DNA from: the human T2T-CHM13v2.0 reference genome, Homo sapiens
Length of the DNA: 64,000 nt
Direction: 5' to 3' (one strand)
Assembly: GCF_009914755.1 (NCBI RefSeq)
Contig: NC_060935.1
Position numbers and translations under genes: made by a program. Each line of letters begins with the position of its first letter. Position 1 is the stretch's first letter. Below the pieces are notes generated by a model. The model ran no database searches, was not told the DNA's origin, and worked only from the letters and a program-made list of their open reading frames with translations. Below, piece by piece: positions 46,915-61,059 of this stretch.

Positions 46915-47440
46915 GTGTGACTCAGTTGGGCACACATTCCTATTCCTTCTAGACTACCTTCCTGCACTCTAGAAACTGCAAAACTGAAAACCAAATTTGA
47001 GACTCCTTTGCAGCTAGAGTGCAGGCACATGGCCTGCTTTCCACCAACCAGTTACACTCATTCAGGACTTGCATGTGGAAGTGAGTGGTGCAAGAAGGCT
47101 GGGAGCCTGGACCTGCTGGAAGGCACAGAGGCAGGGGTGCTGGGTGTTCTGGGAAATTGGGAGGAGTTTTGACTTCAGTCCCAAACATCATGAGTGTCAG
47201 TTAACAGGTGGAAGCAGCAGAGGGCTCTCTGAACAGCTCTGCAGAGAGTGGGGGCATTTTAAGGGCTTGGCTGACTCTGTTGTCCAGGTCTGTCCTGGTC
47301 TGAGTACCATTTAAGCTTGATTCTGTGGTCCCCCCAAAAAAGTCCATTAAGTATTTAATAAATACATTTTAATAGATCTCTGTCAGCATGAACTTGCTAA
47401 TGTGGACTCTGTTGCCTGCAACCAAGGACCTTGGCCTTAA
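46915..47440 (+). mobile_element. LTR33-like ERVL LTR inserted in a MIR
   Basis: 'gactcctttgcagctag', 'ccaccaaccagttacactcat', 'gtggactctgttgcctgcaaccaagga'. Confidence 0.7.
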
Positions 47441-48514
47441 CCACACATAAAGCATTAGATCAGTTCCTGGCACGTGGCAAATCCTCACTATACATTAGCT
47501 ACCATTCTGTATTATTTGAATGCTCTACAAAGAGATGGTACATCTGCTCTTATTTAGCAAGCATAGGTGTTAGAGTTCATCAATTTCTTTCAAAAGGAAG
47601 TGAACGCGCACATTACTCTCCCCTGGGAGTGCAAAACTCAATCCTGCCAACTCAAGGTAAACTGTCACTGTCAGGTGCTCTCAAGCTCTGTCAATTAAGG
47701 CTCCTTCCCCTCTGTCCTCTCCAGGCATTGGTGGTGTGAGGGGCACTCCCCTTCCCCTCATCTAGTTCCCTCCTACGGAGCATCCGAGGTTGATGTAATT
47801 TGCCAGGCCTGTGTATTGATGTCTGATATCATCTGCATTCACTGCTGTCACAGCCACTGCCACTCTGTCTTCCCTCATCAGGTACCTAAGCGTCTGCACC
47901 CCCTGCGTCCCATTGCTAGGCCTCTCCAGGTTCACCCACCAGCTTTCTGCCATTTCTATCCCTCCTTGAGGATTTGGGGATGTGAGTGTTTGAGGCCCTC
48001 TCATTAACAGGTCCATCACAGGAGTCCTCACCTGGCACAGTGTGGTGGCACAGTGTCCACCACAGCTTTTCCTGGGCAGAGAGGCGCAGGTCTCCTCTGC
48101 TTCACTGTCTCCCACCCACCCGCATCCCAGGCTTTCTCACAGGTCCCTGGCATCTGTGGGTTCTAGTTCCAACCCTTCGATCCTCCTTCCACCTCCCAAA
48201 ACTGAACTTTTGTCTCCTTTTGAGTAGGAACTTTATTCATTTACTATTGAATATTCTTTCCTACTCTATGGTGTGGTATAAAATCTATGCTGTCAGTCCC
48301 CCAGACTACCTTTTTTACCTTAAAAAACATGTTTTCTTCTCAAGAACAAAGTCCTGGCTTTTTCTAAATGTATTCAAGAATTTCTTCACCAAATATTGTT
48401 GGAACACTTGCTGGGGGGGGGGCAGACACTCTCTGGGTTGTACAGACAGACAGACAGTTGCCTTCCAGTTGGGGAGATGGGCGATAATCATATGCAAAAG
48501 TCAATTGCCTAATT

Positions 48515-48802
48515 TCTTTTTTTTTTTTTTTTTTGAGACAGAGTCTCGCTCTGCCGCCCAGGCTGTAGTGCAGTGGCGCTATCTCGGCTCACTACAAGCT
48601 CCGCCTCCCGGGTTCATGCCATTCTCCTGCCTCAGCCTCCTGAGTAGCTGGGACTACGGGTGCCCGCCAACACGCCTGGCTAATTTTTTGTATTTTTTTT
48701 AGTAGAGACAGGGTTTCACCGTGTTAGCCAGGATGGTCTTGATCTCCTGACCTCGTGATCTGCCCGCCTTGGCCTCCCAAAGTGCTGGGATTACAGACGG
48801 CC
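48515..48802 (-). mobile_element. AluY with deleted A-box region, inserted next to the tail of an AluJ
   Basis: Y diagnostics 'caagctccgcctcccgggttcatgccatt' and 'gtgttagccaggatgg'; TSD gtcaattgcctaatt; 5' end reads 'ttacagacggcc'. Confidence 0.92.
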
Positions 48803-48817
48803 GTCAATTGCCTAATT

Positions 48818-48823
48818 CTTTTC

Positions 48824-48855
<32 letters not shown>

Positions 48856-49175
48856 AGACAGGGTCTCACTCCTTCACCCAGGCTGGAGTACAGGGAATGG
48901 CATCATCATATAGTTCACTCATAGCCTTGAACTCCTGGGCTCAAGCCATCCTCCTCCCTCAGCCTCCCAATCAGCTAGGACTACCTGTAGGTACGTGCCA
49001 CCACACTTGGATAACTTTTATTTTATTTTATTTTATCTTATTTTATTTTATATTGTGTAGAGATGGGGTCTTGTTCTGTTGCCCAGGCTGGTCTCAAACT
49101 CCTAGCCTCAAGTGATTCTTTAGCCTTGGCCTCCCAAAGTGCTGGTATTACAGGTGTGAGCTGTGGTGCCCAGCC
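48818..49175 (-). mobile_element. AluJo-like with expanded (ATTTT)n linker
   Basis: 'gccttgaactcctgggctcaag' J-type right arm. Confidence 0.88.
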
Positions 49176-49198
49176 ACCTATTTATTTTCAATAGAGCG

Positions 49199-49309
49199 AA
49201 TGCTTTGCTGGAGTATTAAGTATAAACTATACTTTATATTCAATATTCCAGCAAAGTATTTTATATTGAGTATAAAATGCTGAGTATCAATTTTATATTG
49301 AGTATAAAA
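49199..49309. repeat. 28-bp inverted repeat followed by a 19-bp direct repeat
   Basis: Arms 49199-49226 and 49233-49260 (4 mismatches, 6-bp loop); ttttatattgagtataaaa at 49259 and 49291. Confidence 0.9.
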
Positions 49310-49351
49310 AGGGGTAAAGTGACAGAGCGCTGGGCAGTGGGAAGGGGTAGT

Positions 49352-49848
49352 TATGAAACAGACTCACTGTGCGCTAGTTACCACTTCAACCCACTTGATC
49401 TTGGGTTGCACGTTCACTACTTGCCCAAGTTCTGTGAAACAGAACACTGAAATACACAAGTTACATGAGGAAATACACAAGTTATTACTTATAGATAGTC
49501 AGCAAGGGACAGCAGCAGCCTAGAATTCATGAGTATCAGTCTCCAAGCCTCAGGAAAGCTGCCCAGATGGAGTCTTGTCTGCACATGCCCCACTTGCACC
49601 ACAGCTGCGGAGCCCTGAAGGCAACCAGCCCTGGGTTTTAGACCACGGGGTACAGGACTTGCTGGGTCAACGCATTGAAGGACACCTTGTTTCTAATAGT
49701 GACTGAAGCAGAGCCTGGCCTGCTCAGACCAGTCCCGCCCTATTCCAGATGTTGCATTTCCAGCACATTACACAGCGATTCTTGGGAGCTATGACAGAAA
49801 AGAGGGAGAACTGGGTCGGTCCACAGCCATCCAGAGAATGGTCTTGCA
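49352..49848 (-). mobile_element. LTR47A/B ERVL solo LTR inserted in L2
   Basis: 'ctcaggaaagctgcccag', 'gccccacttgcaccacagctg', 'gagaactgggtcggtcca'; perfect 5-bp TSD gtagt. Confidence 0.88.
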
Positions 49849-49853
49849 GTAGT

Positions 49854-50450
49854 GCTGCATTGAGTCAGATATCCAGGAAGGCCTGGTAGACATTTGAACC
49901 CCAATCTAAGTGCCAAGAAGAATCCCCCGGAGAGGGATCAGGTCAATGCCTCCAAATGGAACAGCAAGAGCAAGAGCCCCGAGAAAGAAATGAGCTTGGC
50001 CTTGGTCACAGATAAGAAAGAAGGCCAGCGGGTTTATTGAATGGTGAAAAGAGAGTGAGCAAAGATGACCTCAATGGGTCACTGGGCCAGATTTCGCAGC
50101 ACCCTTTTAGCATGCATGGAAGCTGTGGATTGTTTTGTTAAACCCTAGAAGATTGAAGTAGAGAAGTTATTTGCATTTTAAGAAAATCATTTTAATTATA
50201 GAAAAATGGTTGATTATAAGAGGGCAAAAAAGCATGGGCGAGCAGGGAAAAGGTAACTCTAGGAGGCCACACGGGTGATGAGGGTAGCCCGAACTTAGAG
50301 GGTAAAGATGGTGAGATGTGGACCATTCTGGATACATTGTAGGGGAAGGATTGAAGGGACTGCTGCTGGGCTGATTAGGCGGTGGTGAGATGCAGAGGCA
50401 GGAGAGGCTGAGGAAGCTTAAACCCCTGCATACTGTCTGGAATGACTGAG
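49854..50450 (-). mobile_element. L2 fragment
   Basis: 'caggaaggcctggtagacatttgaac', 'gagatgtggaccattctggatacatt'. Confidence 0.6.
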
Positions 50451-50699
50451 CCAGTTCTACAGAAGTGGCAACACTTAGACATTAGCCCAAATGCACTTCC
50501 TATATAAAAGCCCTGTGTGTGCTTCCTGTGTGCTGTGTGTGTGCTCTTCACATGCGTGTGTGTGTGTGTTTTTCAGCTAGCAGATTCACCTACTCTCATC
50601 CTCTCTCACTAGAATGTTCCAGTGCCCAGCAGGTTGAGCAGGGAGCAGAGGGGTGGAGTAGTACTCATCTCTGGCCAAATCGGCACAGGCTCACCCATT

Positions 50700-50960
50700 A
50701 CACTGTTTACTAACATCTGCACTTACAGGGTCCTTGCCATGTGCCACATGCTGTTCAAAGTGGCCTACCAATATTAACACACGTAATCCTCAGAACAGCC
50801 CTAGGAAATAAGTGCTATTATAAATCCTCATTTTACAGGTAGGGAAACTGAGATTCCAAAAGATGAGGTGGGAGGCCGAAGGTCACATAGCTCATAGGCA
50901 GCAGAGACAGGATTTGAACCCAGGGTATATGATGTCAGAGGCCAGGCTTATCAATCACCT
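50700..50960 (-). mobile_element. MIR
   Basis: 'taatcctcagaacagccctagga...attttacaggtagggaaactgag'. Confidence 0.8.
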
Positions 50961-51469
50961 ATTCCAGGGATGGCAAGGGAATACAGGCAGGAAAGAAAAC
51001 CACCTAGCATGTCTTCTTTTCAATGCCTCTAAATGTGAAAGCACTTAGCAAAGTGCTGGCACATAGTAGGTGCTCAATGCATAACAATAATACATTTTAT
51101 TAATATCCAGGGTCCAGGCAGGTTATGTCCCTCCTGTGCACCCATGCCCTGTGGGAGGCAGAATATGCGAGTTGGAAAAAAATTGATCCACATCAGATGC
51201 CAAGCCGTCAAAAATAACTGGCAGGAGAGGAGAGACCAGGCAGAGCATGTATCTCTGATTCCCTTCGCTTGTTGTCACACTATTACAGTTAAAGAGTGAA
51301 CACTTCACAAGAAAAAGAGCATACGTCTGCCCACGGGTTTCTAGATTTACATCCTTTTCACTTATTGGAAAGAGAAAAAAAATAGGACCAGATGTTAAAA
51401 GCATGAAAAAAAATTAAAAAGCAAGAAATTTGAGGGGGAGGGGAATCAGACTGGCAGCTCCATGGGAAC

Positions 51470-51900
51470 CGAAACATGCAAATGACGTGCAGCCTGTTTT
51501 AATGATCTGACACCCCCGAACTGGAATTGATTACTGCTGTTGGGAGGAGAAAATGGATCGGCAAAGTGTGATCATGCAAACTTCAGAGGGATATTCAATC
51601 CCAAACACCGAAGTGAGGGAAGGGCTGGGAGATGCCCTCGTGGGAGAGAAAGCCGGCCACGCCTTCCAGTTCCAGCCTCTCGTTGATAGCCTTGTAATGA
51701 CAACACGCGCCACCAGGGGGCGACCAACGTCTCGCACCAGGAAGACGGGGCTGTAGGGAGGGGCGTGGCAAAATGAGAGGCACAGGGCTGGCCCCATTCA
51801 GAGGAAGGAGAAGAGAAATCCAGCCACACCGGAGGGGCAGCTCCGGACCCGCTCAGGCTGCCCCAAGCGGCGCTCCCTTCACTCAGCAGGACTTGAGCAA
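51470..51900. promoter_or_regulatory. CpG-enriched candidate regulatory element
   Basis: Local CpG retention in unique sequence; ATGCAAAT (51476-51483) overlapping TGACGT; contains a CTCF site. Confidence 0.6.
51706..51724 (+). promoter_or_regulatory. CTCF motif (forward orientation)
   Basis: CGCGCCACCAGGGGGCGAC, near-consensus, with CpGs retained. Confidence 0.85.
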
Positions 51901-52088
51901 GGCCAGCTGGAGTGGAAACCAAGCCTTGGAAGAGGAACCGTAAAAAAAGAACCTTGCTGGGCCAGAATTAGACACTTCAACTCAGCGTCCCCAGAAGGGA
52001 ATTTTTGATCAGTAATTGCTGCCCATGAGAATTGGTTTTCTGGGAATGACAGGCTCATTAAGGAGGGAATAGAGACGATGTCCTAAAT

Positions 52089-52268
52089 CAAGGGTCGGCA
52101 AACTTATCTGTAAAGGGACAGCTAGCACATATTTTATGCTTTGCGGGTTCTCAGGCCCTGTTGAAACTGCTGAAATAGCGTGCAGTTAGCCACAGACGAT
52201 CTGTAAATGAATAAGCATGTCTGTGTTCCACTAAAAGTTTATTTATGGACAATAAAATTTGAATTTCC
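52089..52268 (-). mobile_element. MER58 fragment
   Basis: 'gggtcggcaaacttatctgtaaagggacag...tgtgttccactaaaagtttattta'. Confidence 0.8.
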
Positions 52269-52269
52269 C

Positions 52270-53040
52270 TGTTAAAAGAATAAAAAGACAAGCCACAGAC
52301 TGGGGAAAAAATAGTTGCAAAGCACGTTGGATAAAGAATTGGTATCTAAAACATACAAAGAAGCCTTAAAACTCAACGATAAGAAAACAAACAACCCAAT
52401 TAAAAATGAGCAAAAGATCTGGACAGACACCTCACCAAAGAAGATATATAGATGGGAATTAACTATATGAAAAGATGCTCAACATTGTTTGTCATTGCAA
52501 ATTAATTGCAAATTAAAAGCAACAATAAGAAACATTCTATGCCTAAAATCCAAAACGCTGACAAAACCGAATGCTAGTGAGGATGTGGAGCAACAGGAAC
52601 TTTCATGTATTGCTGATGGGAATGCAAAGTGGTACTGCCATTTTAGAAGACAGTTTGGTGGTTTCTTAAACATACCCCTACCATATGATTCAGCAATCTC
52701 CCTCCTTGTATTTATCCAAAGGAGTTAAAAACTTGTGCACACAAAGCCTGCATGCAAATATTTATAGCAGCTTTATTCATAACGATCAAAACATGGAAAC
52801 AATTGATGTCCTTCAATGAGTAAATGGGCAAACTGTGATATATTCAGACAATGGAATATTATTCAGTGCTAAAAAGACATGGAAGAACTTTAAATGCATA
52901 TTACTGAGTGAAAGAAGCCAGTCTGAAATGGCTACATACTGTATGATTCCAACTACATGACATTCTGGAAGAGGCAAAACTATACAAACAGCAAAAAGAT
53001 CAATGGTTGCCAGGGGTTAGCGGGAGAACTGAATAGACGC
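52270..53040 (+). mobile_element. L1MC/MD-like ORF2 end and 3' UTR
   Basis: 'gacaagccacagactgggga', 'gaggatgtggagcaacaggaact', 'gtgaaagaagccagtctgaaa'. Confidence 0.85.
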
Positions 53041-53280
53041 AAGCAGCTGGGCAGGGCTGTCGCTTGTGGGGTAGGACACCTGGTGGTTATGGCGAGGGCC
53101 TCGGCATGTCACAGTCTGGGTTTACGTTCTGGCTCTGCCATTTTCTAGCTAACCTTGGGTAAGCTAGATAACCTTGCTGTGCCTGCATTTTCTCACATGA
53201 AAATGGAATCGTAAGCAATCAGCTTCAAAGAGTTGTGAAGATTACATGAGAAAAGACCTGTTAAGTGCTTGTAATAGTGA

Positions 53281-53710
<430 letters not shown>

Positions 53711-54199
53711 TAGTGCACATTAAGGAGCTGGAAGGGGAGTTGCGCTGCAGGTGAGAGAACCATGACTTTATATTCCAGAGTTGTTGATGCTGTCTATGTC
53801 CCCGTGTCCTCTGAGTTTCTAGGGCTCGGGGGCTGCCTTTCATCTTGAATCCTGCTTAGCTGAGGTTTCACCGTAAGACCGGGTCCAGGAAGCTAGAATC
53901 AGTTATGAGGTTCTGGAATTCTTGTTGCAAGAGGAAAAACAAACCCAGATTTGTTTGAGCCCATGTTGAGCTGGCTCTTCTGTTATTTGCACTGAGCAAG
54001 AGGGAAGGATGGCTTTCTGAAGCCAGGAAATAAAGCCACGGCCAAGGCAGGAAGGGTCCAGATGAGGGAGGTCAGAGGGTCACAGCAAGGCAGGCACAGG
54101 CAGGGCTCCCGGAGCTGACCCCATGAACACTGACTGTGCACTGGGTTGTGTTCTCTTGCACAGCCTGCTGCCCTGTAGTGGTCCAGGGACAGGCTCTCT

Positions 54200-55080
54200 A
54201 GTTTATTTTTCATTAAAAATGACTTTTATAGAATGTTTTGATTTCAAAAGCAATATCTGGTCTCTGGAGAAAAACTAGAAAATGTAGACAAGCAAAGCAA
54301 AGAGAAGAAAATAAAAATACATCCACTATCCTAATCCTGAGCAATAACTACTCTTTTTTCTTTTTTGGAGTTGAAGTCTCATTCTGCCGCTGATCTAGGC
54401 TCACTGCAACCTCTGCCTCCCGGGTTCAAGCGATTCTTCTGCCTCAGCCTCCCAAGTAGCTAGGACTACAGGTGCACACCATCATACCCTGCTAATTTTT
54501 TGTATTTTAGTAGAGACAGGGTTTCACCATGTTGCCCAGGCTGGTCTCAAACTCCTGACCTCAGGCAATCCACCTTCCTTGGCCTCCCAAAGTGCTAGGA
54601 TTTCAGGTGTGAGCCACTGCACCCAGCCAGTAACTGCTCTTTATACTTGTTCAGTGTCCATCCGGCTTTTTCCTAGGAGTGCAATATATTTATAGCATCA
54701 TTTAATAAAATTAAATTTTATACCACATACCTATATAACCTTTTAAAAACTCAATTGGCATTATATCATTAATATCTTTTCATGTCAATACTCTACAATC
54801 TGGGTTTTAATGATTATGTAATATTCCATTGTATGGGCATGCAAGTACTTTAATTTACCAATCCCTTACTATTGGACATTTAGGCTGTTTTCCAATTTTC
54901 ACTACTCTAAACAACTGTGACGAACATCCTTTTGCATAATTACTTATCCACATTCTCATTTTCTTACCTGGGTTACATTTCCAAAGGTAGGATTACCTCA
55001 TCAAAGGATATGCACATTTTTAAGGCTTTGATGCACATTGCTTCACTAACCTCAGGAAAAGTAGTGATAAATTATACCCC
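54200..55080 (-). mobile_element. Old L1ME 3' fragment hosting an Alu
   Basis: 'atattccattgtatgg', 'ttggacatttaggctgttttccaatttt'. Confidence 0.7.
54356..54628 (-). mobile_element. AluS with ~20-bp internal deletion
   Basis: 'attctgccgc|tgatctaggc'; TSD taact(a/g)ctctt. Confidence 0.9.
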
Positions 55081-57062
55081 AGGGATGGCTATTGTCCCCA
55101 GGGACAATGCTGATCTTTATATGCAGGGTCTAGAGCAAAGCATTGCATATAATAAGAGCTGATTAAATATGCATAGATTGTAATTTGAGCATAATAAATC
55201 CAGACTCTTTCAAGCACACTATCTGCAGTTCTTCTGTCTGCTGTTAGCCCTCCAAGAGACAGAGTAAAGAATTGTTCATAAAAATGAGAGAAAGGTAAGG
55301 GATGATGAAAAGAAAGTGGAACAATATCTCAGGGGAGTGTGCCATTTAATAATACCCTAGGTCATTACACAGCACTTTCACTGAAATATAGGTGTTAATG
55401 GCCCACTTATGAACATTTCTACTCCAACATAAATTAGAGTCTAAATTATTTAAACCATCCCAATGTAACCATACCAGGCAAAAGTCGGGTACATGGAAGT
55501 ACCATGGCTTAGAGGTAAAAGACCATGGAGAAAATAATTATCATAATATCCAACCTCCCAATAAACATGATGGAATTGCCACTTGGGAATCCACACCCTC
55601 CCTTCAATATCCAACGTAACCAGCTTAGGGAAAGCACTTCAAAGAAGTGTGGGTGAAGATAAAGGAACACTTAGTTACAATCTGAGCTCACCCTGCAAGC
55701 TTTGATTTCTGACTATTCTTAGGACTTGTTTCTTTCAAATCCTCAGACTAGAGGGCTTGGTTCATTTTGACAGAGAAAGATAATCATTGAAAAACAGAAG
55801 GAGGTTTGGTTTAGCCTTACAATGGTTTCTATGTTAAGCCTCACAAATGAAAGTCATATTAAACTGGATTTATTCATCCCTGACATCAAAGAAAGGAGAA
55901 TGAAGGAGAAAAAAACGTATTAAAACTTGCAAAAAATAATCTTTCTATAAAACCTGACATTTATGAACATAACTCAAAGAAATACCTAAAAATTAATCTG
56001 TGGATTACACCAATTTAAAATGTATGGGAAGAATACAAGTAGGAAGAGGGGGAAAACAAACAAAGGGAAATATATTGACATTCTGAAGTCTCTTTTCATT
56101 TAACAACAAATATTTTCAAAGAACACAAGGCTTTCTCAGTCATTAACAATTCATTTTTTTATAAGCTACATTCAATTTTAATCATCTACAATATATGAAA
56201 AATCCCCCTCAGGATTACCTGCACAAAATTGCAAAAGAAAAAAAAATTGTAAGATTATATGACAGTTTCAAAGCTGAATTACAAATGTATGCACCCAGCA
56301 GCAGATAAAAATGAAGGAGAATACGGGAATGATTAAGTTTTCAATTTCCCTACAATGACTTGATGTTAATTTCAATTCACTTACAAGCCTCTTTGTAAAG
56401 GATTAATAAAGAAAAGAAATAATCTGATGGTTTGACAACATGAAGGTACTGGGAAATTATTTCCCTGAGAGATTGTCATTTAGAAGCTGGATAAGTTTCT
56501 GATTCACTTGCGGCCTCAGTTTCTCATCTTTAAACTGGGAATTGGGAAATGACAATGATGATTCCCCAGTAGGATTCATGTGAGGATTTCATGAGATGAT
56601 GGAATTCAAATGTTGTGCAGATGGCAGGGACTCACTTAAAAATAGCCATTTTTATTGACATGGGCATGGCAAAAATTTAAAGTGCCTGTGATAAAGATCA
56701 TCAGTGAATCTCATACAATAGACTTTTCTAAACTTTGCCCTTCCTTCTCTTTAATTCTTTGATATCTACAGTATAACCAGTAATATGTTCTGCTTTGAGT
56801 GTCTTAAGATGGAAAACATCAACAAGCAACAATACTTTGCATTGAGTACTTACTACATGCCAGGTGCTTTATGTCATCTCAAACAGTCCTCACAACAAAC
56901 CTATTGCGTAGGCACTACTCATCTTAGTTTGCCAATAACAAAATTGAGACCTAAATAAGTTAAGGAGTTTTCCAAATGGCTGGAGGCAGCACAGAGGTTA
57001 AAAGCATGAGCTCTGGAGCCAAGCTGCCTCAGTTTCCCTATTGAGGGAAATTGGGATGGGTA

Positions 57063-57517
57063 GTATATTTGACAGTGTTCTCTAGAGAAATAGAACTAAT
57101 AGGATGTGGGTGTGGGGGCGCTGAGGGGAAGCAGTGTGGGAGAGAGAGAGACTTTATGTTAGGGAATTGGTTCATGCAATGGTGGGGGCTGGAAAATGCA
57201 AACTTTGCAGTGGTGACTGGCAGTCTGGAAATTCCAGCAGAAGTTGATTGTTGCAGTTTTGAGTCCAAAGGCAGTCTGGAGGCAGAGTTCTGTCCTCCTG
57301 GCGGGACCTCAATCTTTTTTCTTAAGGCCTTCAACTGATTGGAGGAGACCTACTCACATTAAAGAGGGTAATGTACTTTACTCAAAGTCTACTGATTCAA
57401 ATGTTAATCACCTAAAATCACCTAAAAAAATACCTTCCCAGCAACATCTGGACTGGTGCTTGACCTAGCAACTGGGTGCTACAACCTACCACATTGACAC
57501 ATAAAATTAACCACCAC
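57063..57517 (-). mobile_element. MLT2 (C/D-like) ERVL LTR inserted in a MIR
   Basis: 'gttctctagagaaatagaactaatagga', 'ggccttcaactgattgga', 'ttgacacataaaattaaccacca'. Confidence 0.88.
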
Positions 57518-57737
57518 TGGGGGTAAGAACATTACCTACCTCGCATGGTTTGGAAGGATTAAATAATATAAATCATGCACAGTACTTGGTATGCCTGAGG
57601 CCCTCAGTGTCTTTATTTTCTTATGGACAGAGCCTGCTAAGGAGGAAGCAGTCCATAGGTGTTAGCTATTGTTATAAAGGGACACAGCCATATTAGAACC
57701 CAGGTCATTTGCCTCCAGAGCTGATTGTCAACTTTTA

Positions 57738-58275
<538 letters not shown>

Positions 58276-58399
58276 CTAAGCATGGCGCCTTCCCAGGGGT
58301 ACACAGGCCTGGCGTGTGAACACAAGCCCTCCACAGGACAGGCTAAGCAGCGAAAACACTGCACCAGTGCATCTTAACGTCAGCGAGGCTACCCAACTT

Positions 58400-58830
58400 C
58401 TTAAAAAAAAAAATCTTAACAGTAGCACCACCCACAAAGGAAATAAGTAAACTGGACTTTATTAAAATTAGCTCTTTTGCCTATCAAAAGACACTACTAA
58501 TAGGGTAAAACAGCAAACTACAGATTTGGAAAAGATATTTGCAATTCATATAGCCAAACAGTGGACTTATATTTAGGATATATAACAAATTCCTGTGAAT
58601 CAATTTTTTAAAAAAGGAATAAAACTCAATAGAAAAATGTGTGAAATATTTGAACAGGCATTTTAGAAAACAAGGTGTCCAAATGGCCAATAAACACATT
58701 ACATGCAAATTAAAACATAATGGCTGAAATGAAAATGATGGAAAAATATCAAATGCTGACAAAGATGAAACAACTGAAATTCTTACATATCGCTAGTATG
58801 GTATAAATTGGTATGACCATGTTGGAGGAT
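58400..58830 (+). mobile_element. Old L1M ORF2 C-terminal fragment
   Basis: 'aaactggactttattaaaatt', 'ggaaaagatatttgcaa', 'ccaaatggccaataaacac'. Confidence 0.75.
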
Positions 58831-59549
58831 TTTTTTTTCCTGCCAAGTAAAAGCATGCTTCCTTCCACTAACACCCCCCTCGGTGCAGGAAAATTAATCT
58901 CTAACTTAAAAAGCCAGCGTTTCAAAATGTATAAAATAATGAGGCAGAGAGAAGGCCTCGGGCCTTGCCACACTGGAAGGTATCATCAGCAGTTAATTGA
59001 GCCACAGGGAGGCTGAGAGCAGGATTGCAAATATGGTAAGCTTCACAAATGACAAAATATAGTGCCTGACCTTTTTAAAGCAGATCTCGTGGGCTCCTCA
59101 CAAACTGCAGGGCATTCTTTGAGGTCGGGAACCAGAGGGGCCCTGCAAGGGGCTTTGGTGAGGCAGGCGAGAGTCTGCTAGGAGAGTTGCTTTCACATTA
59201 AGCCATAAAACAATTTTCTTTGGAAAAAAATGTGTTTGTAACAAATGCCCCGCAGAATTATACTACATCACTGAAAACTGAACATTTGCAAAGCTTTGCT
59301 CAGGACTTTGTTATCATGCTCTGCCCTAAATCTAAGAGTAAAGAGTTATTCTTGTCAGGCATCTGCTTTTGAAGTTCCTGGCTAAGTCAAATAGTGCATG
59401 AGGCTCCACAGCAGCTCTTAATCAGGAAAACGGAGAGATGATTGTCGTTAACATAAAACACGGAACCCTGGGACCAGCTTTCTGTCTGCCCCAAAAACCA
59501 GCTGCTTCCAAGCCCCTCTAATTCCTGGTTCTCTGGGAAGGTGCTAGTC

Positions 59550-60329
<780 letters not shown>

Positions 60330-61059
60330 ATCTAGACACAAAAAGGCAGGCCTTATTTAGACCAGGGAGTAGTATTAATAGAAGGAGCAAGGCAGGGCAA
60401 AGGTACTATCTTTGATCCCGGCAAAGTACAGCTGGATATGGCAAAGCAATGCCTGACCCAACCTGAATGCCAGGTAGCCAGACAAACCAGTGTGGTCTAG
60501 AACAGTCTAGAAGAGCAAATTGCCTGGAAGGGTGCTGCTCATGACAATCCCAGGAAGCACAAACAAGGGAGCCCTTGAGGAAAATCTCCCCCAAAGTACC
60601 TGTGGTCACTGTTTAAAGCTCTGGCTTTGACCCAGGTCAGACCTGGCTCAATCCTGGCTTCATAATCACCTTTGGCAAGAAATGGTTCACCTAATCAGGG
60701 TGAACCTCAGTTTCTCTCTCCATCTGTAAAATGGTAATAATACCTCCCTTAAGTTTTTGTTAAAGTTATGTAATTTATTCATAAATATGTTAAACAAAGA
60801 AAGCAAATTACAGAATGATAGATACTTCATTTATGTACAATATTAAGTAATACAAAACTATGTTATATAATGTTTATAAAGACTTCTGCACTAATATAGA
60901 AAATTATGCGTGGGGATCAAAAACACCAAATTCAATTTCCTAGTGCTTATATATAGGAAATGGGGGAAAATAGGTTTGGGATAAAAAAATGATCTGTGTT
61001 TGTAAGTGGAGAATCTGAAATAAATACATATGGCAAAGATTAAGATTTGATAATGCTTT

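Noticed and set aside
47986-48702. Longest ORF in the window (238 aa)
   Set aside because: Non-ATG start, runs through L2 and poly-T into antisense AluY, and has no recognisable domain.
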